A stretch of DNA of 64,000 nt from Balanoglossus misakiensis (taxonomy: Eukaryota; Animalia; Hemichordata), in the NCBI GenBank assembly GCA_040954595.2, contig CM082597.2, positions 1,222,886-1,286,885 of the forward strand. The letters run 5' to 3'. The notes beneath the pieces were generated by a model, which had not been told where the DNA came from, did no database searches, and saw nothing but the letters and a program-made list of their open reading frames with translations. Below, piece by piece: positions 40,029 through 54,071 of the stretch. The position numbers and the translations under genes were made by a program. How positions within the stretch are numbered: position 1 is the stretch's first letter; every line of letters begins with the position of its first letter.

Positions 40029-42706
40029 CTAAAACCCAGAGAAAGCAGGGGAACAACTTTAGATGGAATGATTCACTGATTCTAACATCCAGTCATCTGT
40101 GTCCACCATGACTGCCGTCTCCCTAATGGCTCATTCCCAACAAAACCTCAGCCGCTCGGCCATCAATCAAATCGAACTCCGCTAATGCTAATCAGATTAA
40201 TTATTCATGTTTAATCTCTCATGGAACTTTCACTTATATGGAATATCAACACTCCTAATGTTTCTTTTGTTTCGTAGAAAACAAAAGAGGATTCTTTTAC
40301 CATGTCTCATCTCCATGGTACTCATCATCACTGCTGCCATGGAAACAAAACATTTCATTCAAACATCCGTCTTTGCTCAGATGTTGATTTAGCAAGACGA
40401 TAAACAAGTGTTGCTAGAAGGATTATGTATACATTGCCTCTGAGGCAAGGGTTAACATATCATCCCTACTCAGAAAGATAACTGGCCACTTAATTAATCA
40501 TTGCCATAATTAGCGAATTATCATCACACCATCAGAAACTTGCATAATTAATCCAAATGATAAGAAACTTTAGATGAAAGAATTCATCTCCTGTATTGGG
40601 GATAAATATGAAGTATCATCTTCTGCCTCCTTTCTATCTTTGTGTCTGTCACTCTGTGTGTTTCCATTGTCTGTCTCACAAGTACAAACAATTTCATAAA
40701 AGGAAATGCTATAACTGATTGAAGTATTTCTTAAACTATTACAAAACAGAAAATGAAGACGCAACATTACTTAATATTATAACCCACATTGACTCTCCTT
40801 AAGACAATTTCATGAAGTGTACAGAATAAGAATCATTACCTGGGTTGATGTGTTAGAAAAGAATTTATCGTATGTGACAGTGTTAATGGAACACACACAG
40901 GACCATTTTTGGTGACGAATTTTCCATTTTAAGTTTCACATGACACCTTTTCTTATCAAGAAAAATGTGTCAATTTGGTAAATTTGCAACATTGTGACCA
41001 TAATCAACTTATAATTATGACTATCATATTGTTTCCAATCCCAAAGGACCAATTCATCAACCCTGCATCACCTTGCATGAGAATGGCAACCCATCATTCG
41101 CACTGGGAAAATGGGAATTTTGCGTTCAGCAAGCTGTCCCTCCTCTTCCGTGGATAAATAATCCATGTGACAGCCTGACAGGCGACACTGAAGTTTCTTA
41201 AAAGTAATTTATCTAAAGCCCAGGAAATTGTCTTTGTTCTTCCTAACAAAGCCTGCAAATCGACGGTCTTATTCCGGTCAATTACGTCGCAGACTGCAAT
41301 CCAGCAAAATTACAAAAAGAGACCAAAACTTATAGTATATTATGGGTCAAATATCTAAATTGCATATTGCGAATGTCATTTTTACCATGCCCATTTTTCA
41401 TGTTCCGGTAACCTCATAAATTATCCACACGCACTTTTGTGTGCTGAATACAAAGAGTCTTACTAGCGGCATAGGCTTTCCATTGGATGGAAGTAGGTTC
41501 AGTGAAACTAGGAGGATAAGCTTCATACATGGTTTATGACAAAATTGTCATTTCCAAGTTCAATGCTTCTCTGTACAGAAAATGCGAGAAAGGTTTTACT
41601 GAATTGGGCTTTTTTGGTCTGTACAGTATTCCGACTTCAAATTGTTTAAATGCTGACATACTTTGTCCCTGTTCTATAAATTATTGTTATGTACAGTAGA
41701 TGTAACATCTACCATGGGATCCGGACAGGATGGCAAAATTAGCCAAAACACACTTACAGAAAAAAGTTTCCAACCTATAACTTAGAACACTAATATATTT
41801 TAAATAATACTAATCAAGTATATAATTACACAAATGTGCAAGTACAGGCTTTTATGATAATTGAATGTGATAGAAATCGATTCATGGCATGGGAAAGAGA
41901 CGGATGATAATATAATCCACGACTTAATGACAGGATCCATTTTCAGATTACCTGAAAATCAAATTGGAGGAAATGACTGAGGCCAGTAATCTGTATATGA
42001 TAAATGGCTCATGATAAATGCTTTGTTCTATTAAAGACTTGTAATGCAACATCAAAATAGAAATTTTCGAGGACAGTTTCCATGGTAATTACCTATAAAA
42101 CTTGGGAAGGAGCGTTTGCTGTTATCCTATGTACCATCTATGCTAAACATATGGAATGCACTTTGGAACTGAAAATTAATGTTGCAGAAACTGAAATGGG
42201 TCTTTGTTTTTTGGTGCATTCATAATAAAAAGTTTATTAGTATACCAGAGCCTTCAAAATCTCAATACATGTATGTGATACCATCTACCATGGTAAACAC
42301 TTTTTCTGGTAATGCAAGCTTATCCAGGGAGATGTTTTCCTAGCGAAACACACATGTCACCGGTATTTGCATGACTCAAACTCGTGCATTTGGGTGGCCA
42401 CTTAGAAGCCACAACAAGCAGACATCGAGTCTTTAATGGAATCGAGCCAGGACCGAACAGACTATAAAACCTGCTACATTTTCTGACAAATGGAGCGTAA
42501 AGTCAAGTATGTGTACCGTTCATGAAGTGCATTTCTGAGGGTTTTAGTGATTGACTATATATGACATCATCGCAAGCTTTTACTTACTCACAAGCCATGT
42601 TACTTTGAACTTTTTTACACAAAATGCACACATCTCTGCAAGATTTATTAACCTTTCCGGCAAACTGATACAAAAGGTTGAAATTCATAGGGAATCCATA
42701 ATTTAA

Positions 42707-42789
42707 CCCTTTCACCATCTTGGTTTGATCCAAATCCATTGTTTCCTATGGTAAAGTTGGACGTCTACACAGGAAATAGGGGTGAAAGG
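42707..42789 (+). mobile_element. piggyBac-like MITE copy
   Basis: TTAA-CCCTTTCACCATC...CTATGGTAAAGTTGGAC...GGGGTGAAAGG aligns with the 53706 copy. Confidence 0.85.
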
Positions 42790-45700
42790 TAGTTGGTTTT
42801 ATAAGTTCAGATATCTTAAACGAGAAATCTTCCTGAAAATAATTAGGTGACAATTTCTGAAACAGATTACAAGAAACAAATAAATGCCCTGGGAATGTAT
42901 TATTCAAAAGTCATTGTCAAACATTACTTTTTCTCCGGCATAATCACCCAAAGTCCTTTCTCTATTAGATTTAAACAAGTTGTTCTCTTCTGCAATATCA
43001 ACCCATAATTTATTCATGACTGGCTGTCGTGTTCAAATGGAGTGGTATAACACCTTCATTTATGGTGGGATTTTTGAGTGTGAATAAATTACAATACACC
43101 TGACTTCTGGCATATTGTTTGGAAACTGAACTATTTAGAATGGTTCTCCACGTTGTAAAATTGACACATGCAGACTCTTTACGTTCCACAGTCAACTTTA
43201 ACTTAACTTCAATTTTCCATACCATACTGGAAAGTTTTCATGTATTCTCAGCCCCCAATGGAAACAAGAGATGGTGCAGGGTTTAGACATTTTCACAAAT
43301 TTTCCTGATACATTAGAAATATGTCAGTCAATGATCAGGTTACCAATTCATTACCATCACAGTGTCATTCTTAATGTAGATTTAATGTCTCTATTAAAAC
43401 TAAAGTGATTAATGAAATACTAAAGATTTTCCAGACACATGCACACACCGACAGATAGACAGATAGATGAGAGACTGATGTTGTCTGACCCCATGAGGTC
43501 CTCTGGCCATCAAATTAGATGAAACACAGCATCTAATGCCATCATAATACATGTACAGATCATTATTTTATGGTTTCATACAGAATATGACTAAAATGTC
43601 AGACAACTGAAGTAAGGATATAAAACATCGGGTATAACAGCTAGCAGACATTGCATGTCGATGGTTTGGATGAAATAGACAGTGTGTGTAACATCACACT
43701 CGCAACAAAATTGGTACTGGAACAATATACAGCAGTGCATATGAGTTCTAGATTTCAAATTCTGTGCCAACTGAAGGACTTGCATGTATTTTCAATAGAG
43801 TAGCTGTTTTGCTTCTCAGCTGTACTCATTAATTCTGAGTGGCTACACACAATGGCAGTGGGTGTGGTTCTTCAATTAACAATCAGAAGCGAAATACATT
43901 TAAATTGTTTTCCTGCATGTATACTAGCATAATGTACAGTTTAGGACACATTAACAATGTCGAAATTAGTATTAAATTAGGAAGCTCACTATGGTATACA
44001 CACAGCTATGATTTTTTTCAACTTTCATCCAGTTGAGCTAGGTCTAAACAAACTTTTTATTCTCCTATTACCATGACGCATTCAACTCATTGTAATTTTC
44101 GATCTCATGGCTAATCTTTTCTTTACCCAATTTGGCTGTCAAAGTCATCTACCACTGTTGTCTCACCGAAATCTCATTCGGCTCTGAATCGCGAAACATG
44201 ACCGCAGAAAGCAGATGGCACTGCTGACTTTTATCGCGAAACTATGAATTGGCCAGCAGAAAATTGCCGTCAAAACTCTCACCAACAGCTCTGTGCCATG
44301 TGATTGATGAGTATTCCGTGTGAGCCCCACACCTCATGGGACCACTCCAGACAATGGATGAAATTCCTGCTTTCGATGAATTTGCACATAGAGTAAAAAA
44401 GCGAACATCGCAAAAGCACCCCGAAAAGCACGTCAGCCAAATCACCACCATTGAGATGACCGTAACCGATAACAATAATTTCCACTGGGAATGATCCATC
44501 TGTCTCGCTATTTAGCAATCGCTGGCCTCGCCAGCCCCTTTCATTTTTTGGTATCGATGTCCGTAATGGATGACAGCCATTAAGTAATTAACTCAAAACA
44601 AAGGAATTCTTTAACATTCTAGCAGAGGAATGTCTGCGTGGTTGCTGTAAATCAGAATCTTTCCTGTCTACGTTTACAAAACATCTTTGATTCCTCGATG
44701 TTTTTCTATCAAAAACTGAACCATTAATTCATTTTGACCTAGGGTAATTTGCGATTATTGCAACCAGTCAAACAGTTTCAAAAGACACGCATCTTTCAAG
44801 TGACACAATTTACGGGCTGTGTATGAGACAGTTGTCCCTTCCTGTCTCATTTCTTCAAATCAAAAAGCGGATTTGGAAAATTTTAACAAAGGGAATTCAC
44901 GCATCACAGTACCAAATTTACCAGACTTCTGGTATAGTACCATCTGAAATGACTCTGTCCCCTTGAGGAAGGCCGGTGTTGCATGAAGTCAGAGAGTGAT
45001 AGGGATGAAATCCTCTTATTGGCGACTGAAGATCACCACGTCCCCGGGCAGTGACAATGTTCTATTTTGTCAAGTGTCCAAAATGGGCGGGTGACATCAC
45101 ATGTACCATCTAAACTTGTTTGCGATGTGTACATACATGAAGGCTTGGTTTCATCTTTAACTACCCGGTAATTATTTTCAAGGTTTTTATTCCTTTTTGT
45201 TCACTGAAACATCACACATCATTTTTCTTTCTCAACTAAGCATCACAGAACAAGTTTCTGAATATGTTTCCTCTGTGAAATTAAAAAGGTTTCCCCTGTA
45301 CCAATTGACTGCAGAAAATGGTCCCAGTTATGACGGCCGCTATACATTGATCTAGACAGGAATACCTGGTAGGTCCCATAGCGGCTCATTATCTAGATAC
45401 AGGGTTTAGGGCCTTTTGGGGTGGTCCAAATGCCTGCAGCCATGAGCCGTGTTCAATTTTACCTGTAACAATCTCTAAGTGTCCGAATCATAGAGAGTGC
45501 ACCATCCATTCAAGTTTAAGTACCCACTCTGGAATGTTGTGAATTTGTTTTCCACGGATTTCAAGCCTTCAGCCGGAGCCATTGTTAGACACTCACATGC
45601 ATTCACACACAAATAAACTCTTTGTTTTCCCTCAACATTTTAGAAAGCTTCCATTGGGAGTTAAATAGTCAGGGAGTGGATTCCTGTCCGTGGTGGTCTG

Positions 45701-46273
45701 TAGAGGTGTTGGAAATTACCTATAGTTAAAGAATACCAGAACGTAAAACGCTTCCACATATTTCCATCGTGTGGTCTATGAGTATCATGGGACATTACTG
45801 AAAAAGAAATTCTACAAAAGAAAAGTAAAACTGACCACAATTATGTACCAGTTCACATACTTGTAGTAACAATCTTTAGAACCAGCCAACTTATACATAA
45901 AAGACATCAAATCAGACGCACTTGATCATGGATAACTAGAAGAAAACCAATTTTACAGATCCATAAAATAATTGTTTCCTCGTTTTATGAGAAGATAATT
46001 AAGCCATTCCAGTCAAAAATGAGATGTTATCGCTGATGGAAATATGTTTTAGATACTGTCAGGGAATGACAAGAGTAGAATTATTTCTGAAGAAACATTA
46101 AAATCAATAAATAACAACGATTATTAGTGTCCCTTGAAGTCTGATGTCACATCTGTCTGTGAAATGTGGACACGAGACGTCTGGTATATGAGTCATACTT
46201 TCCACCAAGTAGTTTTATGACTATCGTGAAATCCTTTTGACGTTTATGGTACGGTAATGATACAGTCTCTTAA

Positions 46274-46419
46274 GGTAGTATGCACCTCGAAATTCAATGA
46301 TTTTTATGAACATAAATGGTGGTGAACACCATCTGGTTTTCTTTGTTTTTGAAAAAACGAATCCTCACACACTGTAATAGTAAAGAATGCAATGACTTGT
46401 CCCTGAGGTGCATACTACC
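46274..46419. mobile_element. 146-bp MITE with 15-bp TIRs and TTAA TSD (Kolobok-like)
   Basis: TTAA|GGTAGTATGCACCTC ... GAGGTGCATACTACC|TTAA. TTAA TSD with purine (RR) termini is the Kolobok signature. Confidence 0.85.
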
Positions 46420-48215
46420 TTAATGAAATAATTGTATAACCCCAAAATTTATTTGAATTTTCTGTGTTCTGTTATACACAAGTTAATTTTAAAATTGTTA
46501 CCAAGTTTAACATCATTTATTAATACATGTACTGGAAATCTGAAACATTTTCAAAACTGAGAAAAACACTGGATATTGACAATATGCACTGGAAGACAAA
46601 GAGGTTAGAACAATGAAATCATTTCGCATCTCCACGTGTGCACTAGCTGATGATGCTGGCTTTAACAGTCAAGTCACTAGAGGCGCTACGAGACATCTGG
46701 GAATACACATTACCATCAGCAGTGATAATACCCGCACTGATCTGTAAGAGCTGTATCGATTTAGGTGTCATTTGTTATCAAAGCAGGGTTTTCCCAGAAT
46801 CAACTATAGAGCGTTCTTTGTTTTTTTTTCGAGGGAATGGTTGAAGGGAATTTCTATTTAATCATCTCTGTATTTTTCGCTAAAGGAAAACTTTGTATCT
46901 GGCATGCATGAATATTATTTTCTGTGCTTTCATTTTATTTGTACATGGAAGTTTATTTTTGTTGGATCTGGGCAACAGTCACAGAACATAACAGTGCAGT
47001 ACAAAAGATTAATGGAAGATTCTACCGAAGTCCCCAAATTCACAAAAACCATAGAACATCATCAAATGACACTGTAAAAACTCTTTGCCAGGAAGTTGAG
47101 GGCAGCATTCAGAAATCATATCTTCATCTCTCTGAAAGCAATCAGTCCATTTATTTAACACAGATATGAATTCATGTGGCATACACACAGCATTCCATCA
47201 TCAGCAAAATTCTAATGCAATTTTCACATCACCATGTTTAATCTGCCACTAAGGTCCCAACTCAACCCACGCTTTTTTATCCTCCTGTCAAATCCTCTTA
47301 CATTGCCAAGGCAACCCACTCTAAGTCCTCTTTTGTAACCATGGAAACAATGATCTTTTTCCATCTATCCGTTTCTTGATGGTTTCTTCAATAACAGGTG
47401 GAAGACCTTTATGGAGACACAGCTGACCTCTTATTGGCTGGTTACTTAATTATCACAACAAAAGAAGCTGAGGCAAAACTAATGTTTTGCTAACTGAATT
47501 TTTTAAAATTATGATTGGCAGCTACAGTTCACACAGGATGTGCAAGATATTTATAGATCAACATTGACAACATCCGCACTCGTGTATTCTACAGGGACTC
47601 TGCAAAATATGTTTCTTTTGTACGTGTAATTGACAGCTACACTCATCACTTTGCCCAACAAACCCTCCAGTGAACTCATTTCCTGTCATCTTTTTCATAA
47701 TTGTCAACGGCACAGAACAGATTGCAAGCCCATTTCAATTAGCCAACACTGAGCTAACCCAATGTTAACATCAGTGTTGCAATGATGCTAGCATTGTGCT
47801 GGCATGGGCAACATCCTGTGCTGTTGTTTATGTAGATGCAAGTACCGGGTACATGCAATTCTATTGGATTCTGTCCAATTGTTTTTAATGTCACGTTTGT
47901 TGTTGCTGTCATCATCATTGTTTGATGCAAGCTGCATAGCATTCGATGGAACAGATGTCATACTAAAGGGTTCACATGGACATAAAGTTCCAGTGCTCCC
48001 CCCAAACTTATCCAAAATGCAGCAAATGGTGCATTCAAGCATGTAGTCCAATGTCATTATCAATGTCGGATGCAAGTACAATCAGAGATGACGCGAGGGA
48101 CATGATAATGGCCAAGATGCAGCTGAGACCCAGTTCTATGAGGGACTGCTAGTGCTAGTTAAGCTTTCCATCATTCAAAACAAATCTAGCAAAATTAACA
48201 CCAATTCACACTTAC

Positions 48216-48331
48216 CTTATTCTAATAATCAGCTATTATTCCTTATATACAGCAATTGAAAAAATATATCCAATTTTCCCTCAGCACATTGACTTCAGAT
48301 CAATTCCTCTGTTTCTCTGTTCATATATAAC
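48216..48331 (-). other. Candidate 116-nt non-coding internal exon
   Basis: Acceptor ATTTTTCTTTGTTTCCAACATTATTACAG and consensus donor AAG|GTAAGTG. Stops occur in all three frames. Confidence 0.55.
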
Positions 48332-50210
48332 CTGTAATAATGTTGGAAACAAAGAAAAATATGAATATTGATGAAATATGAATTATGCATGAACTTGTAC
48401 TCCCAAACTGGTGATTTTCAGATTAGCAAAGTACCGAAAGAACTCATTTCATTCGGCAAAGTAAACACTACACAGCATAATATACAGCCTCCCTAAAAGG
48501 GTCAGGCTTACGTACAGTTCCTTGCAAACAGTAACATTTTGTAGTCACCTTGACATTGACCCAGATTAAATTCAGCTCTTCTGATAAGCCTAGACCTTGA
48601 CTTGGCAAAAAATAACTTAAGGATCCTTGTCACAGAACATTTACAATTTTACTACATGCCTCTCTAACCTGACATTTTTGCATTATTTTCAGGATTTTGC
48701 TTTCAAACTTAGAAGTTTTTTATCATTAAAAATATGCCAAAAGTGGCAGTTCATTAATGCATTTGCTGGTCAGAAAGATAAAACCTTCTTTTTAACTTGG
48801 CAATCACAAAAAATTGAAAACATTGCAACTATACAGGAACTTCTTACTTCTGTTTATCTCTTTCCCTTCACGTCATTCCTACATCTCTGTTTGCTCAGTA
48901 AGTCCCTAAATGTACTGCTATTGTTTATGAGGTAGACTGGCGTACAATCCAAGTTGAGCTTATTGACACGGTGAAAAGACACAGTATTGAGACTCACACA
49001 TTTGTAATTCAATGAGAAAGTGGGCTGCTAGGTCTTCATCAAATCACATTGTCTATCCAACGCCGCTCACAGTCGCACAAGACATCAAAGTATCCACCGA
49101 CAATTGTCGCAAGACGTTCAATCACGAGGACACCTTTGATATCCGGCGAAAATACGTACCAACTTACGAGTCACCCGAACACAGAACTAAGACCAAGCTT
49201 ACTTCTGGCGTTTTTGATTTTTCGGAATTTTAAAACCAAACCGATACAGTTGCATTATAAATCTGGGAGAGTCTAGAGGTTTACTCATATGAGAGAGATT
49301 TGCATGGGACACCCTGAGAAAAAAGCTAGCCACTACCTTACGGCAAGACTTACGCACATAAAGCGCCTGGCCTCCAATGGTTTGCCACACACAAAATCTT
49401 CTGTGTATTTCCAAGGCAAGACTATGCCAAGCGGCTTACAAGAGAAAAAAGAAGGTGTAGAAACACAAAACAGAAGAGATTTATAGACTTCAGACCTAGG
49501 GGTATCAGACAGTTCAATTCAATTCTGTACTGGGACTCCCACGTCTGAGACGAAGAGAGAAAAAAAAAACATTCTGGTTCTCATCCCGATTATGATTTCA
49601 GAGGTGATACAGTGTCATGAAGTTTTTTCTACAAATGTAGCCATATATACTTATTTTTGTATATTGTTTATTTCAGGCCATATGCCCATACTGTAAATTA
49701 ATACACAAACACAGAAACAAATCCATAAGAAAGAGATAAAAAAAAAAACATAATAGTCTCACAATGTTTCCAGAATGTTGATTGAAAGTAAGAGTCACAT
49801 ATTCTTGTACTCACGGTGTTCAAAATTGCACGTTCGCAACCCCGAATATCGCATCTGAGGCCATCAACCGTGCACGGTACAGTGAGAGGTTGCAATCACT
49901 ATGCACTAGGATTAACTGGTGTACGATCAATCGAGGATTTCCATCTATAGACTCACAATTGCTTATTTCAGTATTTAGCTGTGGACAGACGAAATAAGTG
50001 AGTGTGATATACTCCTCGGAAGTTCTGAGTCTGTCATCTGAGTTGTTTATACCTCCGTGAGTGAGAAAGTCACCATCTGAAGTTTTAAGTACATTAAGAG
50101 CGATGTCTTCTCCTCATGAGTAAAGGAAATCAACACGGGTAATGCCAACAGGTTAAACTTGAGATGTCCTTTCCTGTGTAGTGTGCAATATTTAATTGAT
50201 GGACAAGATG

Positions 50211-50256
50211 GTCGCCATGGTAACCCTCACTGGATGCTGCTGGTAGCCATGGCGAC
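50211..50256. promoter_or_regulatory. Pair of RFX X-box-like palindromes in inverted arrangement
   Basis: GTCGCCATGGTAAC (50211) and GTAGCCATGGCGAC (50243), against the RFX consensus GTTGCCATGGCAAC. Confidence 0.5.
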
Positions 50257-53200
50257 TGATTAGGTCGTCGAAGAGGATGATGTTTGTGGCATATCTGGCA
50301 GGTTATGTAATGAGTTCTGGTTTATTTCTTAACGGATGACAATAGTTCATTTGCGTGATGAAACCGGAGATTGGGGCAACCTTGTGTACTTTGAGATTTC
50401 AATAAGAACAGCCTCTTACACTAGGTGTTTGACCTATTCATTTATTTACTACCTGTAGCATTTCCAGTATCTTTGATTGAAAACTCAATACACGTACAGT
50501 AAGCTGCAAAGCCTGTTCGCGTATATAGCATGAATGTCTGATTTTTCCTATTTTCATCAAAAACTGAGTATAATCATCAACAATTTCTGATGTTCCTCTG
50601 GACTGACAAGCCCATCATCTCTCCATTTCATCTTCTGATCTAGTCAACATCTTTCCTTGCATTGATGACAAACGCACAAACAATTAGACACAATTGAGCT
50701 AATTTTTTCCACTGATTTAATTTCAATCCCGGCTTATCTCTGGTTGAAAAGCCATTCCGTGAACGCAATTCCCTTCGCATTCAGAATATCAACAATCTGC
50801 GAAATCAACAAGAGACTTGAGAGACCAGTCTCTGATTTAGAGATCTATTGATTCTATTCAACTAATTTAACCATTTCTCTGAACATTATTGTGGTTTGAG
50901 AATGATTCTTAGCAACAATCTCTTCTCTGCATCCTTTGAAATTATATCCACTTGGGTGAATTTCTTAATTAGTTTCTCGCCTGAGATTTTAATGACAAAA
51001 ACATCCGCAAGACTTCGTTTCAGTTTAAAAGATTCAATAACATGCAGTCTGAGACTAGATTAGGTGGGACCATGTCACTCTGATTCACTTTCATGGTTTC
51101 CATCATTCACTGCATGAAGAAATACTGTGAGTTCTGATTGTGCCATAACTGTGAACAAAGAGCATTATGGGTAATTCACTGGTTGTTTACGATGGTTTAG
51201 AGGTCACCTACCCCTGGATATTTGCATGTAATTTACATTCATAATTAGACAATTAGGGTGGTCATGTTTGTTTGCCAGTGCATGTTGGTCATTGGTAGTT
51301 GTGCCCCATTCACCTTTAACAAGCAGGTTGCGTACATCAACAAGCATTGCTCAATAGCGTTTAATGAAAGAAAGTCGGCCTGATTTATTAGTATAGTATG
51401 AAGGCTCGCGATTGCACGCCTCATTCACTGGCTCAAAATTACAGGGTTGGGAGTCTTGTACATGTGTAATAAGGTGCCAAACTATTTGGTATTCAATCAA
51501 CACCTTTTTAGAGGTGGACAATTGTTTCCTTTGCAGAAGTCAAAGCAGGAATGCAGACGGAAAAGTTGCCTTTCAAAAGCTGGTGTTGTCAGTAATTATC
51601 GGTGAAATTACCAAGATGATTAAAGTCGTTAAAGTTTATGGAAGTTTCAAAACAACAATTTATAAGTTGTGATAGATGTAAACAATATCATGAACAGATT
51701 TCAGCTTTGGTTCTACTTTCATTCAGATTTTCCATACTCCTTATGCTTATTCCTCCCTCGGCTGTTTACGACAACACTTAACATGCCGTTTGGTACACTG
51801 GAGAAAGGAAAGAATTTCCATGGAGAATAAGAATAGCCGGAATTGGTCTTGACTGGTGGCAAATTACAGAGATCCGGTAATTCCACATGTGCTTCGTGGG
51901 CGATCTGACATGTCTCAGAAAGTGTAATTACGCTCTTTAACAACTCTGAAAGAAATCTCGGAGAGAACTTAATGGTGATGATAATTATTTTGATGGTTTA
52001 GATGAGTTGTTAAAATGGTATACATGGATCTGTGTAAACAAGTGTGGCCTGTGTGACAGGCTGTGAAGGGCAGTTTCTGTAACTTTCAACTTCAAGACCA
52101 CTTTGTTGCCATGAACCTGGGAATATCCAAATAAGGGAAATTAAGTTTGTTCAGATTTAACATTTAATTTTAGTTTCTTTCGATAAATTGTGTTCTGCGT
52201 TAATAGGCCACTTTTCAGTTACTTAAAAACAATTTTTGCTGTTTTCGAGAGAAAAATAAATCTCAGAAGTCCACTGTGGCTCAAGGACAATCTTTACCAG
52301 CGCCACCATTCATTGTGTGCATGCGTAATGAACGATTGTGATACATGCATTTTCGGTAAATGCATGAAAAACAAACATGGCAACTTCACCGCCACCTCTC
52401 TGCACAAACAGCCCCAATCCACACGGCCTAAACAACAATACACAGAACGCTACCTGTTTCTTAGTCCTTCAAGCCAATATTTCTAATTAGAGGCGTTTAA
52501 TTCCTATTTAAACAGCCTGAATTTTTGGCTGTGGGTTATACCGTTGCTGGCAGGGAAGTATGGTAGCTAATTAGAAACAAATTACAATGGTGGGCTTGAT
52601 GTATTCTTTGCGAGTTTATTCGGCCTAATAACCACATTGTCAGCAATGTGTGATGTATATATGCATGTTAAAAACACTATTGTCTTATTTTCTTTTGAGG
52701 ACTACTTTTTCAGATACTCCTTGAAAACATCTTGAGAACGTGACGCGAAATCAGAAATATTTAAGGCTTATCTTTTACAGAGATGTGACTGTAGTTACTG
52801 TAGTTAGTTAACTAGCTTTTTGAAGTATCAGATTTCCTCATTTCTGTAGTAAACTGTTGAAAATTCATTTGACAAAATGTCAAGTAACATTCAAATTATA
52901 AATATTTTGTTTCAATAATTCAAGCTACTTTTAAAAGCCTTGATAGACCCTTTTTGTCAAAACTGGAAATGTCTTCTGGTAAACATGATGTAAATGTACA
53001 TGTAATACTAGATGCGTGACCATTTTTACCCATCCTCCCTCTACCAGGTGCGATATGATTGAACTGACCAAAGAAAACAATAAGAACCTTCTATTTTACA
53101 CACAAAATAGGGGTGTTGAAGCAAAACAGAGTTAGAAATAACACAGTGTTCCAATTGTGTACAAGTTGATGTTTTTCACAAGGATAATGACTCACTATTG

Positions 53201-53705
53201 TAGTAGAATTTAAATTTCAGGAAAAAGGTTCCCATAAAAACAATGCTGCCATGAAAGACCCACCACAAACTGTCACGTTTTAAGAAAACAACTTAAAATA
53301 CTTGAAATGCCGAAATGTTAATGACTTCATCCTTTATGCATCTTCTTTGTTTTTATCTTGTCATGTGTGTTACAGACCTCCGTGGATGTGACAGTGACCA
53401 TAATGAACCAGATCTCTCTAAACAAATCTCTAATCAAAATACTATTCTCACGATTCTGTTTTCTGTTGTTGAAGTCTCAAGCTTCTAAATGTAGCTCAGA
53501 CCTGCCATCCTGTTATTTCTTCATCCCACATAATGACTCAAGCAAAATGATGGATACATTGTACATCTCTGCACCAGATTTCACTCAGATTGAGTCGAAA
53601 TGCAGCCAAGGTTGTTTGAGTGGTTGTATGTATTTCTTCATTTATGTAAGACTTTTTGCAAAAAGGTGCTAAAAGTTCCAAAAGGTCCGATGAGGCCAGG
53701 CTTAA

Positions 53706-53790
53706 CCCTTTCACTACCATGGTTTGACCCAAACCTGCTGTTTTCTATGGTAAAGTTGGACCTCGAAAGAGGGAACTGGGGGTGAAAGGG
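53706..53790 (+). mobile_element. Intact 85-bp piggyBac-like MITE
   Basis: TTAA|CCCTTTCAC ... GTGAAAGGG|TTAA. TTAA TSD with CCC/GGG termini is the piggyBac signature. Four related copies occur in the window. Confidence 0.9.
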
Positions 53791-54071
53791 TTAAGACTGA
53801 TAGCTGCAGGAATCACCACAAAGTCAAATGCGGTGTTGGCTTTCCACGTCAGTGATTTCTAAACGAACACCAGGAAACTCGACACCAGTGATACACACAG
53901 CTGAACAATCAGAAAGTCAGAACACCTGCATTGCATAGACATGACAATGTCACCGAAGGATTGGATTGATGTTGGTCTGACCCGACATGTGACCTTCGTC
54001 CATCAGGAATGGGGGTAGATCCTTTAGACACAGTATCAATTTCATGGTCAAATCCACAGTCGCTTGGGGTA

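Noticed and set aside
51125-51147. miR-183/263-like sequence TATGGCACAATCAGAACTCACAG on the - strand
   Set aside because: The seed resembles the family, but pairing to either flank has large asymmetric bulges, so there is no credible pre-miRNA hairpin. Small-RNA reads would be needed to revive it.
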